Shown here piece by piece: positions 1-11,620 of a stretch of DNA of 64,000 bases. Source of the stretch: Octopus sinensis (Eukaryota); contig NC_043015.1 of the NCBI RefSeq assembly GCF_006345805.1, positions 16,244,001 to 16,308,000 of the forward strand. The letters run 5' to 3'. The notes beneath the pieces are model-generated. The model did no database searches, was not told where the DNA came from, and was given only the letters and a program-made list of their open reading frames with translations. Position numbers and translations under genes: made by a program. Each line of letters begins with the position of its first letter. The stretch's first letter is position 1.

Positions 1-323
1 TCATTTGGAATATTTATTGTTGGATTTTAACGTTCTTATTGCTGCTGTATTATCTTGTTATTGTATCAAACTGGTACTGTGTATCGTGTATTTTTAACCA
101 TATATCACCCAGATGATTTAGTAAATATATAAATGATTCCCCTAATTAAACAGATACATGAAATATTATATACTTTTTGTAATAAATTTGTAATAACTTA
201 TCTTTCATAGGCATTATATTAGAACAATATCACCTTCGTAATTTCGCTTTAACCTAAAATTCTGATATGTATATATATGTATACGTACATATGTGTATGT
301 GTATGTATATATATATATGTATA

Positions 324-522
324 TACTCTTTACTCTTTTACTTGTTTCAGTCATTTGACTGCGGCCATGCTGGAGCACCGCCTTTAGTCGAGCAAATCGA
401 CCCCGGGACTTATTCTTTGTAAGCCCAGTACTTATTCTATCGGTCTCTTTTGCCGAACAGCTAAGTGACGGGGATGTAAACACACCAGCATCAGTCAAGC
501 AATGCTAGGGAGCCAAACACAG

Positions 523-553
<31 letters not shown>

Positions 554-728
554 CATACATATATACGACAGGCTTCTTTCAGTTTCCGTCTACCAAATCC
601 ACTCACAAGGCATTGGTCAGCCCGGGGCTATAGCAGAAGACACTTGCGCAAGATGCCACGCAGTGGGACTGAACCCGGAACCATGTGGTTGGTAAGCAAG
701 CTACTTACCACACAGCCACTCCTGCGCC
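324..728 (-). mobile_element. tRNA-derived SINE family A
   Basis: Head ggcgcaggagtggctgtgtggt...gggttcagtccc, internal (TA/TG)n tract, 3' tail gactgaaacaagtaaaagagtaaaagag; near-identical body at 25898-26258. Confidence 0.85.
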
Positions 729-750
729 TATGTGCGTTTGTATGTGTATA

Positions 751-804
<54 letters not shown>

Positions 805-805
805 T

Positions 806-838
<33 letters not shown>

Positions 839-1239
839 AAACTGAAATGCGATTTTAGCGCTTGGATCGCTTTCAATGCCACTACATCCCGTCCGATTCG
901 CTCCAAAATTTACAGGGACATGTAGAATGAGGTGACGATGCTCGTGGGCTACCTTAGAAATCCCTAGCTTAAAAGGTGTGGTTGCCAGGGGCCATCTTCC
1001 TCACTCACGCTATTTCCTCCTTTCCCTCTCTTACTCCCCTTCATGAATAACTTTGAGAAGTCCACTCCCGTTATTTAATGTATTCCCCCCAACTCCCTTT
1101 CACTTTCCCTTTATAAGTTCGTCAGGCGGCTTTCTTTGATGTATCTGTTTGCATTCATAGGGAGAATTATCATCGCTACCAAACAACACACAATCATGAG
1201 AACAAATATTATGAATCAGATATTCTTGCGTTCATTTAT

Positions 1240-1425
1240 ATGTGTGTGTGTGTGCGTGTGTTCTATATATAAATATGTATATATAATGTATGTGTGTGTG
1301 TGAGTGTGTTCTATATATAAATATGTATATATAACGTATGTGTGTGTGTTTGTGTGCGTTCTATATATAAATATGTATATATAATGTATGTGTGTGTTCT
1401 ATATATAAATATGTATATATAATGT
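1240..1425. repeat. Compound minisatellite (gtgttctatatataaatatgtatatataatgtatgtgtg)x4
   Basis: Four tandem ~40-50 bp units with variable (TG)n. Confidence 0.85.
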
Positions 1426-1717
1426 ATATATACAAAGTGTATATATCTTTATTTATGTATATTAAACTTTTTCATACTTTTTCATAGTTATATATATTTT
1501 TAAACAAATTATAAATATAATTTAATAATTTTTATTTTCAATTTAAATAATTTAAATTTTTCAATTTTATATTTTATATATTTTCTATATCATATATTTT
1601 TTTTAATGTTTTTGTTTTGTGGTTTTCACTGTTTGATTTGCCTATTAGTGGTTTTATCTCTAATTAATTTATACAGAATATATCTCATTTGTATACATTT
1701 GTATATATAATGCGTGG

Positions 1718-1752
<35 letters not shown>

Positions 1753-1759
1753 TATATAT

Positions 1760-1826
<67 letters not shown>

Positions 1827-2604
1827 TATATATATAATGTGTGCATTACGTAGTCGGTCGATTCAGCTGAAAATATGCACACCTATGTTAAAAGTGCTGG
1901 CAAGTTTGTATGACAACTATTTTTTTCCTCAAATGAAAGGCGTCACCTCTAGGACAAAATTCCTCATCTTATAAAATGTGGCCCCAGTAGACCCGAATGA
2001 AATCGGGTTATATTAACCAAAATGTGAAAAGGGGTCTAAATGGGGCTGGAAGGGGATTAAAATTTAAACGAGCAGGTGTTTAGCAATTCTCTGTTACATC
2101 AAGCTAAAAAATTTGCACCAGCCTTTTAATCGTCAATGTGTTGCCGTCCATGATGAAGAAGTTTTGAATGCTTGCCATCGTGAGTCTACTGTCGTGAGAA
2201 AGAATCACTTCAAAACTTGGTGTTTACGAACTTTCTTTTACATCAAGTTCAAAATTTTACGCCAGCCGTTAAACTGTCAATACGTTGCTGTCCGTCGTTA
2301 AGAAATGCCAGCCAAATTCTATCCCTTCAAACTTTGGTTTCCAATATTTTATTATTTTTATTCAGCTCGCAAGTTCGCCTGTCCCTTTTAAATGTTAGTG
2401 TTTCGCTGTCTGCCTTGAAGCAGACCTTTCCGTTGTTACTGCCTGATACTTATGATTGATCTTTCTAAATATTTTATTTCTCAACTTACTCAAGATCTTC
2501 TGTTGTTTATAAATGGGAGAGAGATAGATAAAGATAGAGAGTAAGAGAAAGCGAGGGAGAGTCCAAGAGAAAGGAAGAGTAAGAGAGTGGGAAAGTGAGG
2601 GAGA

Positions 2605-2915
2605 ATCATCATCATCATCATTGTTTAACGTCCGTTTTCCGTGCTAGCACGGGTTAGACAGTTTGACCGGGGTCTGGGAAGCCAGGAGGCTGCACCAGAC
2701 TCCAGTCTGATCTGGCAGTGTTTCTACAGGTGGATGCCCTTCCTAACGCCAACCACTCTGTGAGCGTAGTGGGTGCTTTTTTCGTGCCGCCGGCACAGGT
2801 GCCGGGGGGGCTGGCAGCGGCCACGATCTGTTGGTACTTTTTATGTGCCACCGGCACAGAAGCCGGTCAAAGCGGCGCTGCAATCAGCCACGTTCGGATG
2901 GTGCTTTTTATGTGC
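2605..2915 (-). mobile_element. RTE LINE 3' UTR/tail fragment with (ATG)n tail
   Basis: catcatcatcattgtttaacgtccgttttcc...ggatgcccttcctaacgccaaccactc; the same module terminates the RT-coding RTE at 60705-62935. Confidence 0.8.
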
Positions 2916-2983
2916 TGAAAGGAAGCAACAGAAAGTAACAACCACACTCCTTACCCGCGCGTAGAGCGGGTCACCTTCAGCTA

Positions 2984-3063
<80 letters not shown>

Positions 3064-3368
3064 AAGATGAGAATGTGTGTCTGTCTGTGTGAATCCCTAA
3101 AACTTGAGAACTACGCAACCAATTCATTCAAATTTTACACATGCCTTACTTAGGGTCCATGTAGTGTCGTAGGCCAAAAACATTTTTTAACTTCTTGCCT
3201 AGTGCAAGCCACAGCAATATTATATCTTCTCCACTATTTCAGTATTACGTGTCAAAAGCGAAATGATAACATCTCTCAATTGTAATGTCAGACACTTTCA
3301 CTTTAATACTGAAACTATTATCTCACCTATATACACATACATACATATATACATGTATATATATATAT

Positions 3369-3438
<70 letters not shown>

Positions 3439-3631
3439 ATATATACATGTATATATAGATGTATATGTATAGGTGTATATGTATAGTTGTATTTATATAC
3501 ATATAGATGTATATGTGTTGACGTACATGTAATATGTACACACACATATACATGCATACATATATACACCCATACACATGCATATACACACACGCACACA
3601 CACACACACACACTCACACATATATATAGCT

Positions 3632-3950
3632 GTAGGTGTGGCTGTTGGGTAACAAACTTGGTTCCAAAACACATGATCATGGGTTCAGTCCCACTGTGTG
3701 GTGACTTCGCATGTGTCTTTGCTATAGCCTCAGACCAACCAAAGCCTTGTCAGTGGATTTTGCAGACAGAAACTGAAAGAAATCAATCATATATATATGT
3801 ATGTATATATGTAAGTGTATGTCTGTGTCTTTGTTTCTGTGTTTCTCCCTCATCACTGCTCTTCTTTTATTTACATCCCCATAACTTGTTTGGTTTGACA
3901 AGAAGAAACTGATAGAATAAGTACCAGGCTTATCAAAATTTTAAAAAATG
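3632..3950 (+). mobile_element. Older SINE family A copy inside tandem unit 1
   Basis: ggtgtggctg...gggttcagtcccactg...gaaactgaaagaa...gatagaataagtaccagg; duplicated at 4651-4975. Confidence 0.8.
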
Positions 3951-4556
3951 TACTAGGCAGTGTCTAATATTTCTGTTTGCCTACTCAGTTGTATCTATCA
4001 ATTTATCTTTTTGTCTGTGTGTATATATATTTATATATATATAAATGAGAATGTGTGTCTGTCTGTGTGAATCCCTAAAACTTGAGAACAACACAATCAA
4101 TTTCATTCATGCCTTACTTAGGGTCCATGCAGTGTCATAGGCCAAAAAGATTTTTAACTTCTCGCCTAGTGCAAGCCCACAGCAAAATCATATCCTCTCC
4201 ACTATTTCAGTATTACGTGTCAAAAGTGAAATCACAATAACATCTCTTTATTGTAATGTCAGATACTTTCACTTTAATAGTTTCACTTTAATACTGAAAC
4301 TTTTATCTCACATATATACAAGCATACATGCATATACCCATACATATATATATATATATATATGTATGTATACATCTGCACAAATGTATATATATACATT
4401 TATATATATATATACATGTATTTATATAGATGTATACATGTATAGGTATAGATGTATATATATACATATAGATGTGCATGTTTACATGTATATGTGTAGA
4501 TGTGTATATATATATAAATATATATATATACAAACGTACATGTAATATGTATACAC

Positions 4557-4591
<35 letters not shown>

Positions 4592-4650
4592 TAAATGCAT
4601 ACATATATACACCCATACACACACACACACACACAGACATATATATACAT

Positions 4651-4975
4651 AGGTGCAGGTGTGGCTGTGTGGTAACAAACTTGGTTCCAAAACACATGAT
4701 CCTGGGTTCAGTCCCACTGTGTGGTGACTTCGCATGTGTCTTCTGCTATAGCCTCAGACCAACCAAAGCCATGTCAGTGGATTTTGCAGACAGAAACTGA
4801 AAGAAATCAATCGTATATATATGTAAGTGTATGTGTGTGTCTTTGTCTCTGTGTTTCTCCCTCATCACTGCTTCACAATTGCTCTTCTTTTATTTACATC
4901 CCCATAACTTGTTTGGTTTTACAAGAAGAAACTGATAGAATAAGTACCAGGCTAATCAAAATTTAAAAAATGTAC
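4651..4975 (+). mobile_element. Older SINE family A copy inside tandem unit 2
   Basis: Near-identical to 3632-3950 including flanks. Confidence 0.8.
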
Positions 4976-5258
4976 TAGGCAGTGTCTAATATTTCTGTTT
5001 GCCTACTCAGTTGTATCTATCAATTTATCTTTTTGTCTGTGTGTATTTATATCTATATATATAAAAATGAGAATATGTGTCTGTGTGAATCCCGAAAACT
5101 TGAAACTACACAATTTCAGTCAAATTTTACTCATGCTTTACTTAGGTTCCATGTAGTGTCATAGGCCAAAAAACTTAACTTCTTGCTTAGTGTGAGCCCA
5201 CAGCAATATCATATTTTGTCCACTATTACATGTCAAAAGTGAAACAATAACATCTCTC

Positions 5259-5973
5259 GGATCTTTACCTTTTAACCGGTAGATTTAGAAAATAATTTTT
5301 TATAAGTAAACACTTTCAAATTTGTATACTTGTAGAATGTGTCATATAAAACACCTTTTACTCTTAACGTTTTTGAGAAAAGTTTATGTTTACGAAGTTA
5401 TTTCATTTTAAAGTTGTCGTATATCGGTCATTTCAACCACTCAATGATGTGTATTCAACTGAATAAAATTACTGCTGTTGCTTGTCAACAACAACTGCTG
5501 GCGGAGTATATTTCATTTATCACTGTTATTTATGACATATTTCATCTCAGTTACGTTCGTATGCATAAACGAGTGTATCTTAAGCATAATCGTTCGTGCT
5601 TCGTTTTTCATTTTTTTTCCATAACTATAACCCTAAAACCCCAACCCTAACTCTAACACCCTAACACCAAAACCTTAAAACCAGTATAAACGCACGAACG
5701 ATGTCATAATAAACAGTGACAAACAAAATATACACCGCCGGAAATTGTTGTTGACAAACAACGGCAGTAATTTTATCTAGCTGAATACACGTCAGTGATT
5801 GGTTGAAATTACGACAACTTTAACACGAAATAACTTCGTAAACATAAACTTTTCTCAAAAACGCTAAGAGTAAAAGATATTTTATATGGTACATTCTACC
5901 AGTATACGAAGTTTGAAAGTGTTTAGCTACAAAAAATTATTTTCTAAATCTGCTGGTCAAAAGATAAAGATCC
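5259..5973. mobile_element. Foldback/MITE DNA transposon with ~300-bp TIRs and 8-bp TSD
   Basis: Ends ggatcttt / aaagatcc; TSD catctctc at 5251-5258 and 5974-5981; paralogous units show a single catctct empty site. Confidence 0.9.
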
Positions 5974-6084
5974 CATCTCTCTATTGTAATGTCAGATACT
6001 TTCACTTTAATAGTTTCACTTTAATACTGAAACTTTTAAAGTGAAACTATTATCGCACATATATACAGGCATACATACATATAC

Positions 6085-6124
<40 letters not shown>

Positions 6125-6128
<4 letters not shown>

Positions 6129-6860
6129 CAACAATTGAGGGTAAAATTAATTAATTATTAATCAATTTCACCAAGTATTCAGTATGTAAAGGGACCATTT
6201 TAGGCGAATTCAAAATATTACATTATATATAAGGGCTTAGTAAAATAAATTACTTTGCCACATACTGAACTCATTAGAAATAGCAGCTAAAGAAATTTCT
6301 TTAGCTATTTCTAATACTTAAAGAAGATCTCACTCAGATAGTGTTTGCTCAAATCAACTCACAAAGGTATGGGGGAAAAAACATTAAAAAATCAAGTGCA
6401 AAGGTTATTTGAGAACGTACGTTTCTAGATTAGTCAAATCGACATTTCTTTCGTCAGCTCAGAACTCCTTGATTCGGATTTGGGAACACTGAAAGTGGGA
6501 GCATACCCTTTTTGGCTTCTTATCACCTCTAGAATTCTGCTCGAACTAAAAGTGTTATCAAATTCAGAATATGCAAGCGAAGAATTTCTGCTCTCCCCTT
6601 TCCACCAGCGTGGGTTAAAATTGACAAACACTATGTTTTATCGGTGAAATCCGAAGCATTAAACAGAGAGAAATGAATTATAATTTCAACAATTGAGGGT
6701 AAAATTAATTAATTATTAATCAATTTCACCAAGTATTCAGTATGTAAAGGGACCATTTTAGAGATCTTCTTTAAGTATTAGAAATAGCTAAAGAAATTTC
6801 TTTAGCTGCTATTTCTAATGAGTTCAGTATGTGGCAAAGTAATTTATTTTACTAAGCCCT

Positions 6861-6870
<10 letters not shown>
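6125..6870 (-). mobile_element. Penelope-like non-autonomous structure (direct plus inverted terminal repeat)
   Basis: 6125-6203 directly repeated at 6683-6761; 6222-6331 inverted at 6761-6870. Confidence 0.5.
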
Positions 6871-6895
<25 letters not shown>

Positions 6896-7164
6896 AAGAT
6901 GAGAATGTCTGTCTGTCTGTGAATCCCTAAAACCTGAGAACTAAACAACCAATTTCATTCAAATTTTACACATGACTTACTTCGGGTCCATGTAGTGTCA
7001 TAAGCCCCAAATTACGTGTCAAAAATTAAACAACAATAACATCTCTCTACTGTAATATCAGATACTTTCACTTTAATAGTTTCACTTTAATACCGAAACT
7101 ATTAAAGTGAAACTATTATCTCACATATATACAGGCATACATACATATATATATATATATTATG

Positions 7165-7252
<88 letters not shown>

Positions 7253-7741
7253 GTGTGTGTGAGTGTGTGTATACATCTGCACAAATATATATATAGATGT
7301 ATATATATATAGCATAATTAAATCTCAGAATGAGATTGAAACAGTAATCGCTTGATAATGTAAAGTATAGAAGCCATCTTATCATGGCTAACCACATTGG
7401 GGAGGGGGGGTTACTGTAGCTTTATAGCCCCAAGAGATCTTCGTCTCTAGCTGGCTTTAGACACAATATCTGTGTCCTTGGAGTATTTGCAAAGTATTTG
7501 CAAAGTGTCACATTTTCATCCAAAAAAAAAACAAAAACTGGTCAATTGTAGGTTAATTGTTACATTTAGAAAATGCAAATATTGCACAATTAAGATGCAA
7601 GCAAATAGTTTTTTGTTTCTAAAATTGAAGTATTTTGACTACATTCAACTTGAAATAAAGCTCAAACAATCTTGATTGAATACAATAATGGTTTTCATTA
7701 TTAAATCTCAGAACGAGATGTAAACAGTAACTGCTCGACAA

Positions 7742-7853
7742 TGTAAAGTATAAAAGCCATCTCAATATGGCTAACCACAAAGTGGGGGTGTTACAGTAGC
7801 TTTTTAGCCCCACTTTGTGGTTAGCCATATTGAGATGGCTTTTATACTTTACA
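7742..7853. repeat. Perfect 46-bp inverted repeat with a 20-nt loop
   Basis: 7742-7787 tgtaaagtataaaagccatctcaatatggctaaccacaaagtgggg is the exact revcomp of 7808-7853. Confidence 0.92.
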
Positions 7854-8129
7854 ATAATGGTTTTCTTTCACTAAAAAACAGTTTTTTTGGTTTAAAGCTG
7901 TAAGGCAACAAAAATCATTTATTAGCAAGAAAATAGTATTTTCTTCCTTGAATAAAAAGCAATCAGTGTTTTCTTTTCATTAAAAAATAATTAAGCATGC
8001 CTTTATTTCAATAAAATTTTTGGTTTTGTGAAACGAAGTTAAGGCAAAAAAAAAAAACTTCTTGAGAAACCAAATGGTCTTTCCTGTCTTCATGCCAAGT
8101 TTGAAGAAAATATCTCTTGTGCATCTTAC

Positions 8130-8458
8130 TTTTTTGGTCTCATAAATATACTGCATTTTGTGGCATTATTTCAAGCCAGCCAGCTTTTTTTGTGCAAACT
8201 GCACGTGCATTTTCCTCGCGTATGCATAGTATCAATCACAACAGCTGATGTGCTTGCACATACAAATACACGTTCCCACGGCTTTATCGATCACATTCTC
8301 ACCTGGAATCGATTTTTGTAATGTATTCAAGACTTATTATACATGCCCTGATACCGTCGGTATCTACATATCAAATTTGAGCGCAATTGGATGGAGGATG
8401 CCCGAGATCCTAGAAGATACACACACAGACAGGCAGAACGGATTTTATATAATAGATT
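8130..8458 (-). mobile_element. Helitron-like non-autonomous 5' fragment
   Basis: On - begins tctattatataaaatccg...gtctgt, like other TC-TATATATAAAA-type Helitron 5' ends here; no 3' CTAG identified. Confidence 0.4.
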
Positions 8459-9924
8459 TGTGTCTAATATCTATGGTTAAAATTTCATCAACAGCAAAAA
8501 TATATCAATTGTCATGGGGTTTATGGCCCTTATGCATAAAATATATTTTCCAAATTTCATAAAGATCCATTCAATACTTTTGACCTGGATCATAAAAGAA
8601 ATGACTAAAATTTTGGAGTTAAGGCCCTCATTAGGGTGTCTTAGAATCCTCATGATAAGTGGAAACCCTGAGAATACTTCTTGATGTGTGTCAATTACCC
8701 ATGGTTGAAATTTCATAAACATCAAAAATTTATGAATTTTCATGGGGGTTCTGCCCCCTTTAAGCCATCTGAAATTCAAACCAAACATATTGCACTATAC
8801 CTGCCCTTATGCATTGAATCTAAGTTCCAAATATCATGAGGATCCATTCAGTAATTTTGGTCCATGAAATTGTATGAAACACAGCATTACCCTTCTCCTA
8901 GGCTTGGAGAAGAGGTTTCTCAGCTACATAGGAGACTCGCACCAAAGTGATTATGAGACCACCAAAACAATGAAGACTTTCTTCAAGGACTGAAAGAATG
9001 CTTTCTACAAATTCTTTGGTCAAAATCTCAAATTCCAATTTGAGCGTCTATGGTATCTGGAGAACTGTAACTACTCAAGCTTATCTGTTACAGCTACCAA
9101 ATTATCTCTCCTCATGCTCTATGCCTGTCTCTCTTTCTCTATTCTGCTCATGTAGCCAACTCAAAAATGTCATCTCTCTCCTCCCCTGCTATTGCATCAT
9201 TATTACCATCCTACTACTAGCAACCCTCTCCCTTCCTCAATTCATGCTTCTCTCACTCCCGTATCCATCACTCCCTCCATCTACCCTTCAACTCCTCCCA
9301 ATTTTTACAGATGTTGCTTCCCCTCTCTGCCACATTTCCCCTATTTCTTCCTCAGACACTCTTGCACCCCACCCCACTCCCATACATACATTCCTAGCTT
9401 CTCTACTGCACTCACCAGGTGACACTTGGACACCTCATCACAACTATTTATCTCTTTGAAGATACTATTGATTCATGCTCACACTCTCTCCCCTTAATCT
9501 GAGTAACCATGTTCCTACAACAGGAACATGTAAGCTGCATGGTGACCTCAAGAGTGCAGGTGGCATGAAAAAGTACCCCGAGCACACTGTAAAGTATTTG
9601 GAATTAGGAAGGGTATCCATTCATAGAAATCATGCCAAAGCAGATACTAGAGCACAATGTGATTCCTGGTCCCATTAGATCTTTATCAAGCCCCCTCAAC
9701 CCATACCAGCATTGATTACAGACTTTAAATGATGATGATGATAATGATGACATGTGTGGACACATATGTATGTAGTTTAGAGAGGACACAACAATTAGTA
9801 AAATGAATCAACCCTGAAAAGATGAAAAGTAAAGTTGACCTCAGCAGCATTTGAACTTGGAACGCAAAGGTGGTACTTAGGCAGTGTTATATATCCCAGC
9901 ATTGGTACTTAGGCAGTGTTACAC

Positions 9925-10085
9925 ATCCCAGCACTCCAATAATTACAGGTATGAAACTGAACTTGTAGTCTGGATGGAGTAACTGTAGACTTCTCAATAA
10001 TTCAGCGTAGGTATTTTCTTTTTCGCTGATCTTTAGCTTTACATTAACATTTGCTGGGCAACTGATTTTCACAACTGTACGATTT
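9925..10085 (-). mobile_element. Non-LTR retrotransposon fragment, restriction-like endonuclease C-terminus (R4/Dong-like)
   Basis: KISCPANVNVKLKISEKENTYAELLRSLQLLHPDYKFSFIPVIIGVLGCV matches the RLE-type ...P.D.N...K..EK..KY..L......IPV.IGALG.V pattern. Confidence 0.7.
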
Positions 10086-10649
10086 CTCTTCTCTATCCCA
10101 AATTACTATGTTATGTCTATTATCTTTACATTTTATTGTCATTTTCTCTCAGACATTCACCAGTACTCCTTTTTATTATGAGTGGCTATGGCATCTACCA
10201 TACTGTGGGCTCTTATTTCTCTGGCCTCGGGGTCATTCTTCCGATGGATCTCATTATACAGTGTCTTAGGTACAACATCATGTCCCATCAACAACAGGGT
10301 GCTTTTGTTTATTTGCATGTATGTAATTGTTCAGTTTTCATGTATCTATGTATGTATGTATGCATGCATGCATGTATGCATGTATGCATACATGCATGTG
10401 TGTGTGTATGTGTGAGTGAGTGTATGTGTGTGTGTATACACGCACATACATACATATGTAGGTATTGGGATAATTTTTCACATTGTTAGCTAAAGTGGCC
10501 TTTCGGCTGAGAAGGCAGTATAGTTTTTAAATTGACTGTTAAAATTTATTCGAGTTTCCGTAAGTGTGAAATTACGGAACGTATCCCGAAATTACAGTCT
10601 ATACTTTATAATCCCGTAAAGGCGGAATCTGTTAACGTAGTGGATCTGT

Positions 10650-10662
10650 GAGAGAGAGAGAT

Positions 10663-10741
<79 letters not shown>
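10650..10741. repeat. (GA)n microsatellite
   Basis: ~90 bp GA tract ~500 bp upstream of the NDUFB4 ATG. Confidence 0.95.
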
Positions 10742-10743
<2 letters not shown>

Positions 10744-10784
10744 TAATCTTGCTACTAATTTCCATTCACTAAATATTCTTTTCT

Positions 10785-10975
10785 AATCTAAGCACAAGGC
10801 CCGAAATTTTGGGGAAGGGGACCAGTCGATTAGATCGATCTCAGTACGCAACTGGTACTTAATTTATCGACCCTGAAAGGCAAACTCGACATCGGCAGAA
10901 TTTGAACTCAGAACGTTAAGATAGCTAAGCATTTCGCCCGGCGAGCTAACATTTCTGCCAGCTCGCCGCCTTCCT
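10785..10975 (-). mobile_element. tRNA-derived SINE family B upstream of NDUFB4
   Basis: On -: aaggcggcgagctggcagaa...gttctgagttcaaattc...gtcgataaattaagtaccag; repeated at 19575-20580 and 24898-25445. Confidence 0.8.
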
Positions 10976-11260
10976 TTCCCTAAATATTGAAGTGGGAAAA
11001 TTATCCGAAATTACGTGGGTAAAACATACTTGCGCCCATTTATTAAGATGATAGTTTTTTTAATGAAAATTTTATTCTTATTTTATCTTTTAATATTTGA
11101 TTTAAATATTTCAGAAACTGAAAAGCCTTAATGATACACGGTATTTTCGTCGGTGGCGAAAAGCTGGCTAACATGGGTAAGATTAGCTTTATATGTCAGA
11201 AGTCTAAGGTGACTTTCGTGGATAAAAATATTATCCAGTTTTATGAACAGTTTGTGAGTA

Positions 11261-11422
11261 ATGACTGGAGTCATTAAGAAAACATGGGATCCTTGGAAAA
11301 TGTACGATGTGTCTTTAAAAGAGAGAAAGGCTATGGAAGAACGTGCTTTGATGAGAGAAAAACTCAAAGGTGAATGGCAAAAGAAAGTTACCGACCCATA
11401 CAAAGGCACTGGAGGTTACATC
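11261..11422 (+). CDS. NDUFB4: NADH dehydrogenase 1 beta subcomplex subunit 4 (B15), coding exon 1
   Basis: ATG at 11261, 54 codons (MTGVIKKTWDPWKMYDVSLKERKAMEERALMREKLKGEWQKKVTDPYKGTGGYI), phase-0 donor gtaagt at 11423; resembles the B15 N-terminal ...LR.E..K...NPY.....GG..FD motif. Confidence 0.9.
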
Positions 11423-11620
11423 GTAAGTATTACAATAAACTTGCGATTATTTGTACTTACAGAAATTTACTATCGTTTATTGGTTAAATATAGGAAAATA
11501 TTTAGATTTATAGGTGTATGGAACCTCTGACTTGGTTCAAAGATTGTATTATTTTAGCGAAAAGATCGAGCTTCATCATGCCTTTCTTAAGGACATGAAT
11601 TTTCATACCTATGGAAGAAA

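Larger units (their letters stand above)
3065..6060 (+). repeat. Tandem ~1 kb composite duplication (units from ~3065, ~4044, ~5065)
   Basis: Module atgagaatgtgtgtctg...ccctaaaacttgagaac...ctttcactttaata recurs at ~3065, 4045, 5066 and 6898; units 1 and 2 also share the SINE and spacer. Confidence 0.85.

Noticed and set aside
1240-1425. Regularly spaced repeats suggestive of a CRISPR array
   Set aside because: Eukaryotic low-complexity minisatellite with no unique spacers and no cas genes.
6150-6190. CTGAATA...GAAA on - as a hammerhead core
   Set aside because: G8 of CUGANGA is absent and stem II cannot pair.
214-7397. Many IY/YI/CV/HT-rich ORFs in the ORF track
   Set aside because: They are translations of (TA)n, (TG)n and (CA)n microsatellites and SINEs, not genes.
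8940-9459. 153-aa ORF and a YIGDS motif as a possible GIY-YIG fragment
   Set aside because: Too degenerate and low-complexity (L/S/P-rich) to support a call.
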